57,061 bases of DNA from Deltaproteobacteria bacterium (GCA_017996625.1 JAGOGO010000003.1:1-57061), one strand, 5' to 3'; positions 29,000 through 38,578 are shown, numbered from the stretch's first letter. The notes: generated by a model not told the origin, from the sequence alone. Translations and numbers: made by a program.

Positions 29000-29230
29000 T
29001 CAGGCAAGATCTAGTTTGCGCGATATTTCTACTGGCAGGCTGTATGCAGAGCTCATGCTGTCGGAACCGTAGTTTATTTGAGTGATTGACTCAGCAACAT
29101 TCCGATAAAAACAGTCGCTGCAGTCCCAGAATCTCCAAAAGTACTTTGCGGCATGGGTCAGGCACTGATCGTAATGGGGACAATAAAGATTGCGTTTTCC
29201 CGAACGGTGAACTGGATTAAGTAACGGCAT
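29000..29230 (-). CDS. Small Cys-rich hypothetical protein (76 aa)
   Basis: MPLLNPVHRSGKRNLYCPHYDQCLTHAAKYFWRFWDCSDCFYRN... has a C-x5-C ... C-x2-C pattern. GAGG lies about 9 nt upstream of ATG 29230. No family recognised. Confidence 0.4.
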   Translation of the reverse strand: MPLLNPVHRSGKRNLYCPHYDQCLTHAAKYFWRFWDCSDCFYRNVAESITQINYGSDSMSSAYSLPVEISRKLDLA

Positions 29231-29607
29231 CGGTTTACCTCTGTATGAAAGGATCAGTATTACGCCTGGTTTCAGGTAAGGCTGGTCGCTAGACAATAGA
29301 ATAACTATGGTTGATTGGCTGAAAGAGTACATACTCCCCACGGTGTATTTTCCGGATTTCGACAGAGTATTTTTCCATCGACTGCGGGTATCGGCTCTGC
29401 CTTCTGATGAGAAGAGGAGTCTGGCTCATTGTTTGCACAAAGAGGAGCGGCTATGAGATAACTGCATATAAGCGATAGGAAAGCACAGCAACCTTTATTA
29501 AAGATGAGAAGTTCGCTTCGGACCGGCCAGATGAATGCGGGTGGCGAACCGACGGACAAAGGTGGCGGAGTCCATTTCGGGTCTACTACCTGGCTGTCAT
29601 ATTCTTC

Positions 29608-29636
29608 TTGACAAGCGAGCAGTATTAGGATTTACT
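29608..29636 (+). promoter_or_regulatory. Candidate promoter for the cold-shock gene, giving a ~130-nt leader
   Basis: TTGACA, 17-nt spacer, TTTACT (a weak -10). A long 5' UTR is typical of cspA-type genes. Confidence 0.4.
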
Positions 29637-29770
29637 AGAAAAGATAGTAAATGCAGTAAATAAGCTCCGGGATTCTTGTGCCGCAAGGTTTGAGATGTCA
29701 ACCGAGCGGCTTTTTCTCGTGCCGTTTGCTGCATAGGAGCAACTTTTCAGTATCTAGGAGGTAGCAATTA

Positions 29771-29971
29771 ATGGTCAGAGGAACGGTGAAATGGTTTAGC
29801 AGCCAAAAAGGTTACGGATTTATCACAACGGAATTCGGTGATGATGTGTTCGTACACCACAGTGAAATCCAGGAGCAGGGATTTCGCTCCCTTGAGGATG
29901 GTCAGGAAGTCCAATGTGAAGTTGTATCCAGTCCGCGAGGAAAGCAGGCAAAAAACGTTACAAAAATATAG
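29771..29971 (+). CDS. Cold-shock protein (CspA family)
   Basis: [16 protein letters not shown] (RNP1) and DVFVHHS (RNP2); RBS TAGGAGG. Confidence 0.93.
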   Translation: MVRGTVKWFSSQKGYGFITTEFGDDVFVHHSEIQEQGFRSLEDGQEVQCEVVSSPRGKQAKNVTKI

Positions 29972-30034
29972 GCCCAACGGAGACTGCAGAAGGCTGCAGA
30001 AAGGACAGGAATCCCTCCGCTAAGAAGACTGATG

Positions 30035-30071
30035 GTGGGTGCCGTGCGCGGCGCATGGCCCCACTTTTTTT
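30035..30071 (+). terminator. Rho-independent terminator after csp
   Basis: A 13-bp stem (GTGGG-T-GCCGTGCG / CGCATGGC-CCCAC, one bulge, one G-U pair) followed by T7. Confidence 0.8.
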
Positions 30072-30215
30072 CGCCTTGATTGCCGTAAGCGCTCACCTGT
30101 TTGAAAGAAGGTATCGAGCAGCCCGCCTGCTCTCATGCCCCTAGGGAGCAGCAATCAAGGGTAATGACATGCTCCCGCTATGGTTGCGGCCGTCAGGGAG
30201 AAGGGAGGTTTTATA

Positions 30216-30641
30216 GTGGAAGCAAAGCACGGTGATAGAGTATTGGTTCACTATACCGGGAAACTGCGCGATGGTACGGTGTTCGATTCCTCGGCAGACG
30301 GTGATCCTATGGTCTTTACCATAGGTGCGGGCGAGACAATCCCTGGTTTCGAATACGCAGTGATCGGAATGACACCCGGAGAAAAGAAGACGACCTTTAT
30401 CGTCGCGGATGACGCTTACGGATCATGGACTGAAGACAGAATAGTGACGGTTCCCCGAAAGGACTTTCCCCCCTCGATCATTCCGGAGAAAGGGCAGATA
30501 TTGGAAATGAGTCACGCCGAGGACCAAAACATCCTATTGAAAGTAATTGATGTTGATGAGACGATGGTCACCCTTGATGCTAATCATCCGCTGGCGGGGG
30601 AGGATCTTATTTTCGATATCGAACTGATAAGCATTACCTGA
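30216..30641 (+). CDS. FKBP-type peptidyl-prolyl isomerase, SlyD-like (with IF insert, no His-rich tail)
   Basis: VLVHYTGKLRDGTVFDSS and LDANHPLAGEDLIFDIELI. GTG 30216 with GGGAGG 7 nt upstream is preferred over ATG 30180. Confidence 0.85.
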   Translation: MEAKHGDRVLVHYTGKLRDGTVFDSSADGDPMVFTIGAGETIPGFEYAVIGMTPGEKKTTFIVADDAYGSWTEDRIVTVPRKDFPPSIIPEKGQILEMSHAEDQNILLKVIDVDETMVTLDANHPLAGEDLIFDIELISIT

Positions 30642-30884
30642 GTTTCTGGATACTGTTTTTCCGATCTTATCTGGTGGTAGCGGCAGTGCTTCGAGATTGG
30701 GAGTGCCGGATAGGTGGGCACATCGCGAGGCCTTACGCTTGATTGTGGGTGATACTACACCGTTTATCTCTTGTTCAGATTTTTCCTTAGCTATTTGCCC
30801 TTCCTGCTTTGCCGCGGAACTATAGTGAATCGCGTTGCCGGAGATGTCCCCAGCTGACGTACGACGGGTGCTTTAAGCTTTTTC

Positions 30885-30913
30885 TTGAGCCGTACGGCTC
30901 GCTTTCCTATAAT
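30885..30913 (+). promoter_or_regulatory. Sigma70-type promoter upstream of the MscS gene
   Basis: TTGAGC, 17-nt spacer, TATAAT (perfect -10). Confidence 0.65.
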
Positions 30914-31023
30914 GATACGTGAAATGCGAGAATTCCGTCCAGGCTAACATGCTGATCAAGGAGCAGGAGTGCTCCCCGGTTCTGACTACGATCCCAGGCA
31001 ATCAGAGAAGAAAGGAATGTTGT

Positions 31024-31953
31024 ATGGTAACTACAGATCTAGCGGTTTGCTTTAATATACTGCAGACCTGGATCATTTCTCATGGCCTGAGGCTCGTAGT
31101 CATCCTTGTCCTCAGCATCATTACTTTGAAACTCGCCCAGACCCTGTCTGTGCGTGTTTTTAGCTCGCTGCAGAAGCGAAGGGATGATATAGAATTTCAG
31201 AAGCGCACCGAGACTCTCGGCTCAATCGTCCATTATATCCTCACGGTTGCCATCGTTTTTATCGCCGCTATCATGGTACTGAGCGAACTGGGTGTTAAAA
31301 TCGGGCCGGTGCTGGCCGCAGCTGGCGTCGTCGGTGTGGCTGTCGGTTTTGGCGCGCAGAGCCTGGTGAAAGATGTGCTCAGCGGCTTCTTTATCCTGCT
31401 GGAAGATCAGATCCGCGTGGGTGATGTTGTTGATATAGCAGGCAAGAGCGGTCTGGTGGAGAAGATTAACCTTAAGATAACGATTCTACGGGACCTGGCA
31501 GGCAACGTGCACTATATTCCGAATGGGCAGATCTCCATTGTCACTAATATGACCAAAGGGTACTCGCGCTATGTTTTTGATATCGAAATCTCATATGATC
31601 AAGACGTTGATGAGGTGCTTCAGGTAATGCAGGAAGTGGACGAAAGTCTTCGTAGCGACCCTGCTTTCAAGGACGACATCATCGAGCCGCTGGAAATTCT
31701 TGGTTTGGATCGGTTTGCCGATTCAGCAGTTATTGTCAAAGCGCGGACGACGACGAAACCGATTAAACAGTGGGGAGTCGCCCGGGAGTTTAACCGGCGG
31801 CTGAAGAAGAAATTCGAAGAAAAAAATATCGAAAAACCCTTTCCACAGCTTACGCTGAGCCTGCGGCAGGATAAGCAAGGGAAAGCTCCCAGCCTGAATG
31901 TTCGGGTTCAGGGTGAACCTGTGACCTCCGAAGGCAACGAGGTTGAACACTGA
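31024..31953 (+). CDS. Small-conductance mechanosensitive channel (MscS family)
   Basis: Three TM segments followed by FGAQSLVKDVLSGFFILLEDQIRVGDVV, the pore helix and beta-domain signature. Start placed at ATG 31024. Confidence 0.88.
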   Translation: MVTTDLAVCFNILQTWIISHGLRLVVILVLSIITLKLAQTLSVRVFSSLQKRRDDIEFQKRTETLGSIVHYILTVAIVFIAAIMVLSELGVKIGPVLAAAGVVGVAVGFGAQSLVKDVLSGFFILLEDQIRVGDVVDIAGKSGLVEKINLKITILRDLAGNVHYIPNGQISIVTNMTKGYSRYVFDIEISYDQDVDEVLQVMQEVDESLRSDPAFKDDIIEPLEILGLDRFADSAVIVKARTTTKPIKQWGVAREFNRRLKKKFEEKNIEKPFPQLTLSLRQDKQGKAPSLNVRVQGEPVTSEGNEVEH

Positions 31954-32009
31954 ACGTTGGCGCTCGAACCCTTTCACCAGGTAACAACCGCTCGGTTGCA
32001 GGGGGGAGC

Positions 32010-33746
32010 ATGAAGAATCAAGATGTGGCGCGCATATTCAAGCGCCTGGCAGAAATGCTGGAAATAAAGGGTGAGAACCCTTTTCGGATTCGCGCTTACC
32101 AGCGAGCTGCTCAGACCATTGAGGAACTCGCAGAAGATATTGCCGCAGTTGCCGAGCGCCAGGAACTAGAACAGCTGCCCGGCATCGGAAAAGATCTTGC
32201 CCGCAAGATTGACGAAATCCTGCGTAGTGGAACGCTTCGAGCCTACGAGGAACTCAAGAAAGAGGTTCCGGAAGCTCTTCTGGATCTTGTCTCCATATCC
32301 GGAGTCGGACCTCGCCTGGCGAAAACGCTATTCGAAAATCTGCATATTACCACAGTCGATGCCCTGGAGCAGCTGGCACGGGATCACAAGCTGCGGGGCA
32401 TGCCTGGTATTCAAGCCAAGACGGAAGAGAAGATTCTTAACGGCATCAGGCTTTATCGGCAGAAACACTCTCGGCTTCTGCTGAGTACGATGCTGACTCT
32501 TGGCCGTGCAGTTACCATGGAACTGCAGAAGCTTAAAGAGGTGGATCGCATTGCTATTGCCGGGAGTCTGCGCCGGAAGAAAGAAACTATCAGAGACATT
32601 GATATCCTCGTTGTCTCTGCCAATCCCGCTCCGGTGATGGATTTTTTTACCCGGCTTCCTTTTGTTGGCGAAGTGCAGGCCAAAGGCATGATGAAATCGA
32701 GCGTTCGCACTTCTCAAGGCATTCAGATCGATCTGCGGGTTGTCGAACCTGAAAGCTTTGGTGCCGCTCTCTGCTATTTTACCGGGTCCAAGGCGCACAA
32801 CATCCGTATACGGGAAGCGGCGGTTAAACGAGCTCTGAAAATTAACGAGTATGGTGTATTCCGCGGCGGAGAACGTATCGGCGGAGCTGAAGAGCGCGAT
32901 GTCTATGATGCTCTGGGTTTGTCGTTCATTGAGCCGGAATTGCGCGAGGATCGGGGCGAGATAGAAGCTGCGCAGGAAGGGACACTTCCCATTCTGGTGA
33001 ACGCGAAAGATCTTCGTGGTGATTTGCATGTGCATTCAGAGTGGAGCGATGGATCATCGACGCTGAAGGAGATTGCCGAAAAAGCAGCATCTCTAGGACT
33101 TGAATGGGTGGCGGTGTGTGATCACTCTCCGTCGCTGAAAATCGCGGGCGGCCTTTCTGCCGATGCACTATCCCGGAAGATTGCTCAGGTCGCATCGTTC
33201 AACCGGAAGGGTCATCCGGTTACCCTGCTCTGCGGTGCCGAGGTGGATATAGGCACTGATGGATCCCTGGATTATCCCGACGAGCTGCTGAGCCAGCTGG
33301 ACCTTGTCGTTGCATCTGTACACAGCGGTTTCAAGCAGGACGAGACAACGATTACCAACCGCATCGTCAAAGCCATGCGCCATTCGTGCGTGCATATCAT
33401 CGGGCATCCCACCGGTCGTCTGATTGGCAAGAGGGATCCCTATGCCGTCAATATCGAAGCGATTATTGAGGCAGCAGCGGCAAGTGAGACAGTGCTGGAG
33501 ATCAATGGGTATCCTGAGCGGTTGGATCTGAATGACACGGCTTGCCGATTGGCGAAAGAAAAGGGAGCGCTGCTGGGCATCGGCACCGACGCTCACACTG
33601 CCGAGCATATGGACTATCTCGAACTCGGACTTGCGGTAGCGAGGCGAGGATGGTTAGAAAAGGACGACGTACTGAATTGCCTCAGCAAGGATGAATTGAA
33701 GAAAAAACTTGCTCGAAAGCAGGCGAGGAGCCGGGAGCGTACCTGA
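32010..33746 (+). CDS. polX: Family X DNA polymerase with C-terminal PHP domain (PolX)
   Basis: N-terminal HhH (NPFRIRAYQRAA), palm GSLRRKKETIRDIDILV, and PHP domain GDLHVHSEWSDG...HPTGR...GTDAH. Confidence 0.9.
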   Translation: MKNQDVARIFKRLAEMLEIKGENPFRIRAYQRAAQTIEELAEDIAAVAERQELEQLPGIGKDLARKIDEILRSGTLRAYEELKKEVPEALLDLVSISGVGPRLAKTLFENLHITTVDALEQLARDHKLRGMPGIQAKTEEKILNGIRLYRQKHSRLLLSTMLTLGRAVTMELQKLKEVDRIAIAGSLRRKKETIRDIDILVVSANPAPVMDFFTRLPFVGEVQAKGMMKSSVRTSQGIQIDLRVVEPESFGAALCYFTGSKAHNIRIREAAVKRALKINEYGVFRGGERIGGAEERDVYDALGLSFIEPELREDRGEIEAAQEGTLPILVNAKDLRGDLHVHSEWSDGSSTLKEIAEKAASLGLEWVAVCDHSPSLKIAGGLSADALSRKIAQVASFNRKGHPVTLLCGAEVDIGTDGSLDYPDELLSQLDLVVASVHSGFKQDETTITNRIVKAMRHSCVHIIGHPTGRLIGKRDPYAVNIEAIIEAAAASETVLEINGYPERLDLNDTACRLAKEKGALLGIGTDAHTAEHMDYLELGLAVARRGWLEKDDVLNCLSKDELKKKLARKQARSRERT

Positions 33747-33821
33747 CCGTTTGATTTCTCGGAGGATTTTGCCTATAGTATTAGAAGGATCTATAAGACG
33801 ATACTCTGAACCGAGGGCACA

Positions 33822-35120
33822 TTGAAGCTGGAAGACCTCTTGAAAGAAATGGTCAGGCGCGGAGCATCCGACCTGCATATTCGAGCATCCCGTCCGCCGT
33901 TGTACCGTTGTCGTGGTGAGTTGTATCCCGTCAACGATAAGCTCGTCATTTCTCCTGAGGATGTTGATGTTCTTGCCAAAGGCCTCATGAATCAACAACA
34001 GAGGAAGAAGTTCGAAGAGGAACAATCTGTCGATCTTGCGTACTCAGTGCCTGGATTCATGCGGTTTCGGGTTAATATTTTCAAACAGCGAGGGACGACC
34101 TCGATCGTCTTTCGAAGCTTTACTCTGGAAATCCCCAGTGTCGAGGAGATGGGCCTTCCCACCGTGCTGTATGATTTGTGCAGCAAGCCACAAGGGTTAG
34201 TCCTGGTTACGGGGCCCACTGGTTCAGGAAAATCGACGACCCTTGCTACCCTGGTGAGGCGGGTCAATGAGACCCGCAATGCGCACATCATAACCATTGA
34301 AGATCCGATTGAGTTTCTTTTCAAAGACCAGAAAGCGACTATCTCTCAGCGGGAGGTCGGGGTAGATACGCCTTCGTTCGGTCTGGCGCTGAAGAATGCT
34401 TTGCGCCAAGACCCGGATATCATTCTGCTGGGAGAGATGAGAGACTTGGAGACTATTTCAACGGTCATGCTGGCCGCGGATACCGGCCACCTCGTCCTGA
34501 GCACCTTGCATACCAACAACGCGCTGCAGACCATTAGTCGGATTCTCAATGTTTTCCCCCCCGAACAGCAGGATCAAGTCCGACTGCAGCTGGGGAATGT
34601 GCTGGTCGGAATCGTGTCGCAGCGGCTGGTGCCGAGAAAGGACGGACAGGGAAGAGTTGCCGCAGTAGAAGTTCTCATCAATACACCTCGAATCAAAACC
34701 CTCATTATAGAAAACAAGATCAACAGCATCACCGAGCAGATGGAAAAAGCAGTAGTATATGAACGGATGCAATCACTGGAACAGTCGCTCATTGCCCTGA
34801 TTGCCAACAAGGTGATTTCTCTGGAAGTGGCTTTAGCGGCATCGATCCGGCCGGGAGATCTCAGGCTAATGCTGACCCAGCTTGGTTTTGATGAGGATGG
34901 CAACTATACCCCTATCAATCCGGTGGAATCTGACAGGCGTGACCAGGCCGAAGCTCTCCTCGAAGAGGAAGAAAAAGCGGAGTCGATTGACCGGGCTGCT
35001 GATAAGAACTCGAATGGAGGAACGGCAAAGGTTGCAGCAATGGCGGGCCCTGGAACCGAAGGGCATACCACCGACTTTGGAGATTTTGGCGGAACAGACT
35101 CATTTGATTATACTGACTAG
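33822..35120 (+). CDS. pilT: PilT/PilU-family type IV pilus retraction ATPase with an ~80-aa acidic C-terminal extension
   Basis: GASDLHI, Walker A GPTGSGKST, Asp box, Walker B ILLGEMRD, His box LVLSTLHTN; TTG start. Confidence 0.85.
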   Translation: MKLEDLLKEMVRRGASDLHIRASRPPLYRCRGELYPVNDKLVISPEDVDVLAKGLMNQQQRKKFEEEQSVDLAYSVPGFMRFRVNIFKQRGTTSIVFRSFTLEIPSVEEMGLPTVLYDLCSKPQGLVLVTGPTGSGKSTTLATLVRRVNETRNAHIITIEDPIEFLFKDQKATISQREVGVDTPSFGLALKNALRQDPDIILLGEMRDLETISTVMLAADTGHLVLSTLHTNNALQTISRILNVFPPEQQDQVRLQLGNVLVGIVSQRLVPRKDGQGRVAAVEVLINTPRIKTLIIENKINSITEQMEKAVVYERMQSLEQSLIALIANKVISLEVALAASIRPGDLRLMLTQLGFDEDGNYTPINPVESDRRDQAEALLEEEEKAESIDRAADKNSNGGTAKVAAMAGPGTEGHTTDFGDFGGTDSFDYTD

Positions 35121-35290
35121 CTGCTCATGAGGACGAGCCGGTGAACGAGCGGCGTTTTTTTTACAGTTCATTTCGCCCCTGCTTAACACTATGAGTACAG
35201 ACTGAGCAGGTGATCGGAGCGGTGCGAGACCCAAGCGCCAGGAAGGAGCAGGTGGCTTATACCGCGCCGGAATCTGCAAGAGGAGCTATT

Positions 35291-35605
35291 ATGGTGCAGG
35301 AATCATATGCTGATTTTTCCATTGTGCAGAAGTATATTGACCAAAAGAAAATGTTTGACGAAGAGCTGATTGAGTATAAACAACGAATCTCTACTCTTGA
35401 AGCGAGGGTGAAAGAGCTGGAATGGGCGGTTACTCGCCGAGACAAAGTGATTATTCAGCTTAAATCCTACAAGGAAAAGGTCGTTGAACTTGAAGAAAAG
35501 ATGCAAGCCGCCCATCAGAAACTCAGTGACAAAGAGGCAGTCATTCGGCAGCTCAATGCCCGACTGCGCTCGCTCGCGCCAAATTCCTCGTTGCCTCAGG
35601 AATAA
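35291..35605 (+). CDS. Coiled-coil hypothetical protein (104 aa)
   Basis: Heptad-rich sequence (ISTLEARVKELEWAVTRRDKVIIQLKSYKEKVVELEEKMQAAHQKL); RBS AGAGGAG upstream of ATG 35291. Confidence 0.6.
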   Translation: MVQESYADFSIVQKYIDQKKMFDEELIEYKQRISTLEARVKELEWAVTRRDKVIIQLKSYKEKVVELEEKMQAAHQKLSDKEAVIRQLNARLRSLAPNSSLPQE

Positions 35606-35836
35606 TGCCTGATATCTTCTGCTCCACAGGCAAACATGAATGAAAGAGTGTTTGCTTCATTTTTACAGGACGCTTTGAGCAATAGAGGTTCCTCTCGGCA
35701 TCCCCTGCCTTCTCTCTCTGATCAAATACCTTGGAAATAGCACGCAGTCATGGTATGTTGACCATGAAAATGGTTCACCGTACTATGTACTGCTCTGATG
35801 AGAGCATGCATACAGTGAAGAAGTAAGGAACTAGAT

Positions 35837-36706
35837 ATGTACTATGATATGCCACTCTATCGTCCTCCGAGTGAGGCGAATTCGCTGATCTTCCAGGTGA
35901 CACTCGGCTGCTCTCACAATCGATGCGCTTTCTGTGTCATGTACCGCACCAAGAAATTTCAGGTGCGGCCATGGAAAGAGCTGAATGCAGATATTCTGGA
36001 AATGGCGGCTGCCTATCGCGGAGTCCGCCGGATTTTTTTGGCCGACGGCGATGCTATGGTTGTCGAGACTGACTACTTGCTGCAGATCCTGAAATGTCTG
36101 TATGAAAATTTTCCCTCCCTCGAACGAGTGAGCGCGTATGCCAATCCGTCCAATCTCCTGGGAAAATCACCGGAGGATCTCCAGCGGATCCGGCAAGCCG
36201 GTCTGCAGCTGCTTTACTTCGGTGTGGAAACCGGTATGGAAGATCTGCTGACACGAATTCGCAAAGGAGCGACCAGCCAAGACTTGGTGGTGAGCGCTCG
36301 GAAAGCGATTGCTGCAGGATTTATTCTGTCAGCGACAATTATTCTCGGCCTTGCTGGCAGAAAGGACAGTGAGGAACATGCTGTGGAAACCGCTCGGGTT
36401 TGTTCTGCTATCAATCCTCAATATCTTTCGGCATTGACGCTTATGATCGAGGGCGACGGCCGGCATTTCTACCGTTGCCTTGGTGACGGATGGGAGATGA
36501 TGAATACGCTGGAGTTCCTCAGAGAGCTGCGGATTATGGTCGAGCATTTCAACCTGCACAGCTGTGTTTTTCGCAGCAACCATGCTTCGAATTACCTCCC
36601 GATCAAAGCCGTTGTCAACGAAGAGAAGGATCGGCTCCTGGCTGAAATCGATCGAGGATTGCGGGATCCGGCGATTCTGCGGCCTGAGTACCTTCGGGCG
36701 TTGTGA
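35837..36706 (+). CDS. Radical SAM superfamily protein with a CX4CX2C cluster motif
   Basis: QVTLGCSHNRCAFCVMY (Cys spacing 4 then 2, read directly) and a later LADGDAM (GGE-like) region; 289 aa. Confidence 0.75.
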   Translation: MYYDMPLYRPPSEANSLIFQVTLGCSHNRCAFCVMYRTKKFQVRPWKELNADILEMAAAYRGVRRIFLADGDAMVVETDYLLQILKCLYENFPSLERVSAYANPSNLLGKSPEDLQRIRQAGLQLLYFGVETGMEDLLTRIRKGATSQDLVVSARKAIAAGFILSATIILGLAGRKDSEEHAVETARVCSAINPQYLSALTLMIEGDGRHFYRCLGDGWEMMNTLEFLRELRIMVEHFNLHSCVFRSNHASNYLPIKAVVNEEKDRLLAEIDRGLRDPAILRPEYLRAL

Positions 36707-36713
36707 GCCGTTT

Positions 36714-36736
36714 CAATCCCTCGAAGAGCGGGATTG
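36714..36736. repeat. Variant REP-like hairpin CAATCCC-TCGAAGAGC-GGGATTG
   Basis: A 7-bp stem related to the AATCCCGC/GCGGGATT family, between the radical SAM gene and pepA. Confidence 0.55.
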
Positions 36737-36779
36737 TTGAACGTGATTGACGTGTAATGACTTCATCAAGGATAACCAC

Positions 36780-38300
36780 ATGACCTGTAGTCTCTCGGTG
36801 AAAACGGGACACGGAACTGCTGAAAAGGGCGATGCCATTGTTGTGCCGCTATTCGAGAAAACGGAAGAACTCTCCGGCTCAGCTCAAGAGATTGATGCTG
36901 CAGCCGGAGGCCTTATTCAGCGGGTCTTGAAGAGCGGTGACTTCAGCGGTGAACGATTCACTACCACTGTTTTGTATACGAATACGGCGCTTCCAGCCGG
37001 CCGTATTATCCTGGTAGGCATGGGGAAGCAGGAATCATTGACGCTCGATACCGTTCGAGGCGCGGGAGGAAAGGCCTTCAGCTGTGCTCGTGATCTGGGG
37101 GCCAAACGACTCATCGTTTCCGGAGCGTTGATGACAGCGCCCGGTTACGCGGACGAGGAAGTAGTGGAGGCGTTTCTTACCGGTGGAATTCTCGGAATCT
37201 ATCAATTCAAGCAGCTGGTAACCAGGGGCCGCGAGAAGATCAAGGAACTGGATGCTTGTATAGTCGTTACGGCTGATGCTGCCGGTGCAGCAGCTTTGAA
37301 ACATGTCGTCCATCGCACAAGCGTTATCGCAGATGCGGTGTGTCTTGCCCGTGATCTGGTCTCTTTGCCGGCAAATATGAAGACACCGATGCTGCTGGCA
37401 CGCAAGGCCCGCAGCATCGCCCGGAATCACGGATTGAAGGTGAAGATCGTCACGGAAGCCCAGGCAGATAAACTGGGAATGGGTGCTTTTACCGCAGTAG
37501 CGCAGGGCAGCAAGGAGCCGGCAGCGATGATCATTCTTGAGTATACTGCCGGAACCCGGTCCGGACCGCCGATAGTCCTGGTGGGCAAAGGTATTACGTT
37601 TGACAGCGGGGGTATCTCACTCAAATCTTCGACCGGCATGGAACAGATGAAGGATGACATGGCTGGCGGCGCTGCGGTGCTGGCGGCAATGCGGGCGCTT
37701 GCGAATCTGAAATTGCCGGTCAATGTTGTGGGCATTATACCAGCTACCGAGAATCTGCCGGGAGGGAAGGCCTACAAGCCGGGTGATGTACTGAGATCAC
37801 TGTCCGGGCAGACGATCGAAGTGATTAGTACTGATGCCGAAGGCCGGCTGATTTTGGCCGATGCCCTGACGCATAGCCTCACCTATAAACCGCAGGCAAT
37901 TGTAGATGTGGCCACGCTTACAGGCGCGTGTGTAACCGCACTTGGTGACGGGGTTGCCGGAGTCATGGGCAATAGCGATGAACTCTTAGAGAGAATAGAA
38001 CAAGCAAGTGAAAGATCCGGCGAAAAAGTGTGGCCCCTGCCACTGTGGGAGGAATACGCGGACCACATTAAGAGCGATATCGCCGACTTCAAGAACGTGG
38101 GCAATCGCACCGCCGGCGCTATTGTGGGCGGGGTCTTCCTCAGCAAGTTCGTGAATGATACTCCCTGGGTCCATCTGGACATCGCCGGCCCGGCCTGGCA
38201 GGACAAAGGCAAACCTTATACACCAAAGGGTGCAACCGGATTTGGCGTGCGCCTCTTAATCGAGCTGCTGGCAGGATGGCAGCAGAAGCCTCGGCTCTAA
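36780..38300 (+). CDS. pepA: Leucyl aminopeptidase (M17)
   Basis: VGKGITFDSGGISLK and NTDAEGRLILADAL signature. ATG 36780 is preferred over TTG 36747. Confidence 0.92.
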   Translation: MTCSLSVKTGHGTAEKGDAIVVPLFEKTEELSGSAQEIDAAAGGLIQRVLKSGDFSGERFTTTVLYTNTALPAGRIILVGMGKQESLTLDTVRGAGGKAFSCARDLGAKRLIVSGALMTAPGYADEEVVEAFLTGGILGIYQFKQLVTRGREKIKELDACIVVTADAAGAAALKHVVHRTSVIADAVCLARDLVSLPANMKTPMLLARKARSIARNHGLKVKIVTEAQADKLGMGAFTAVAQGSKEPAAMIILEYTAGTRSGPPIVLVGKGITFDSGGISLKSSTGMEQMKDDMAGGAAVLAAMRALANLKLPVNVVGIIPATENLPGGKAYKPGDVLRSLSGQTIEVISTDAEGRLILADALTHSLTYKPQAIVDVATLTGACVTALGDGVAGVMGNSDELLERIEQASERSGEKVWPLPLWEEYADHIKSDIADFKNVGNRTAGAIVGGVFLSKFVNDTPWVHLDIAGPAWQDKGKPYTPKGATGFGVRLLIELLAGWQQKPRL

Positions 38301-38304
38301 CGAG

Positions 38305-38335
38305 GATTCAACATTCAAGATTCAATATTCAAGAT
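38305..38335. repeat. Word repeat (ATTCAAGATTCAA words); left arm of an inverted repeat with 38531-38551
   Basis: ATTCAAGATTCAATATTC versus the reverse complement of CAATGTTGAATCTTGAAT: 16/18 match. Confidence 0.7.
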
Positions 38336-38402
38336 GACGGCTCGAACCTTTTGCAAATTACACATACTGGCTCGCGACGGTTCTTGATCCTACGCTCCAA
38401 TT

Positions 38403-38533
38403 TTGATGGAGTCGTAAAAAGTCGACTTGGGAATGACGAAGTAAAAAGCTCCAGATGCAGCGTAACACAGCAGATGGTTGCGCTTCAGCTCTTTATCCCC
38501 CGCTGAAGGCGGGGCTTTTTACGATGTCATCAA
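38403..38533 (-). mobile_element. MITE-like element copy B (inverted relative to copy A at 9073-9192)
   Basis: Its reverse complement aligns module by module with copy A: TTGATGACATCGTAAAAAGCCCCGCCTTCAGCGGGGGATAAAGAGCTGAA, then a different internal insert, then ACTTCGTCATTCCCAAGTCGACTTTTTACGACTCCATCAA. Confidence 0.7.
38498..38520 (+). terminator. Terminator-like hairpin carried by MITE copy B, downstream of pepA
   Basis: CCCCGC-TGAAG-GCGGGG followed by CTTTTT; about 200 nt after the pepA stop. Confidence 0.5.
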
Positions 38534-38578
38534 TGTTGAATCTTGAATTTGTCTTCAGCCTGCCAGACGGCTGCCGCC

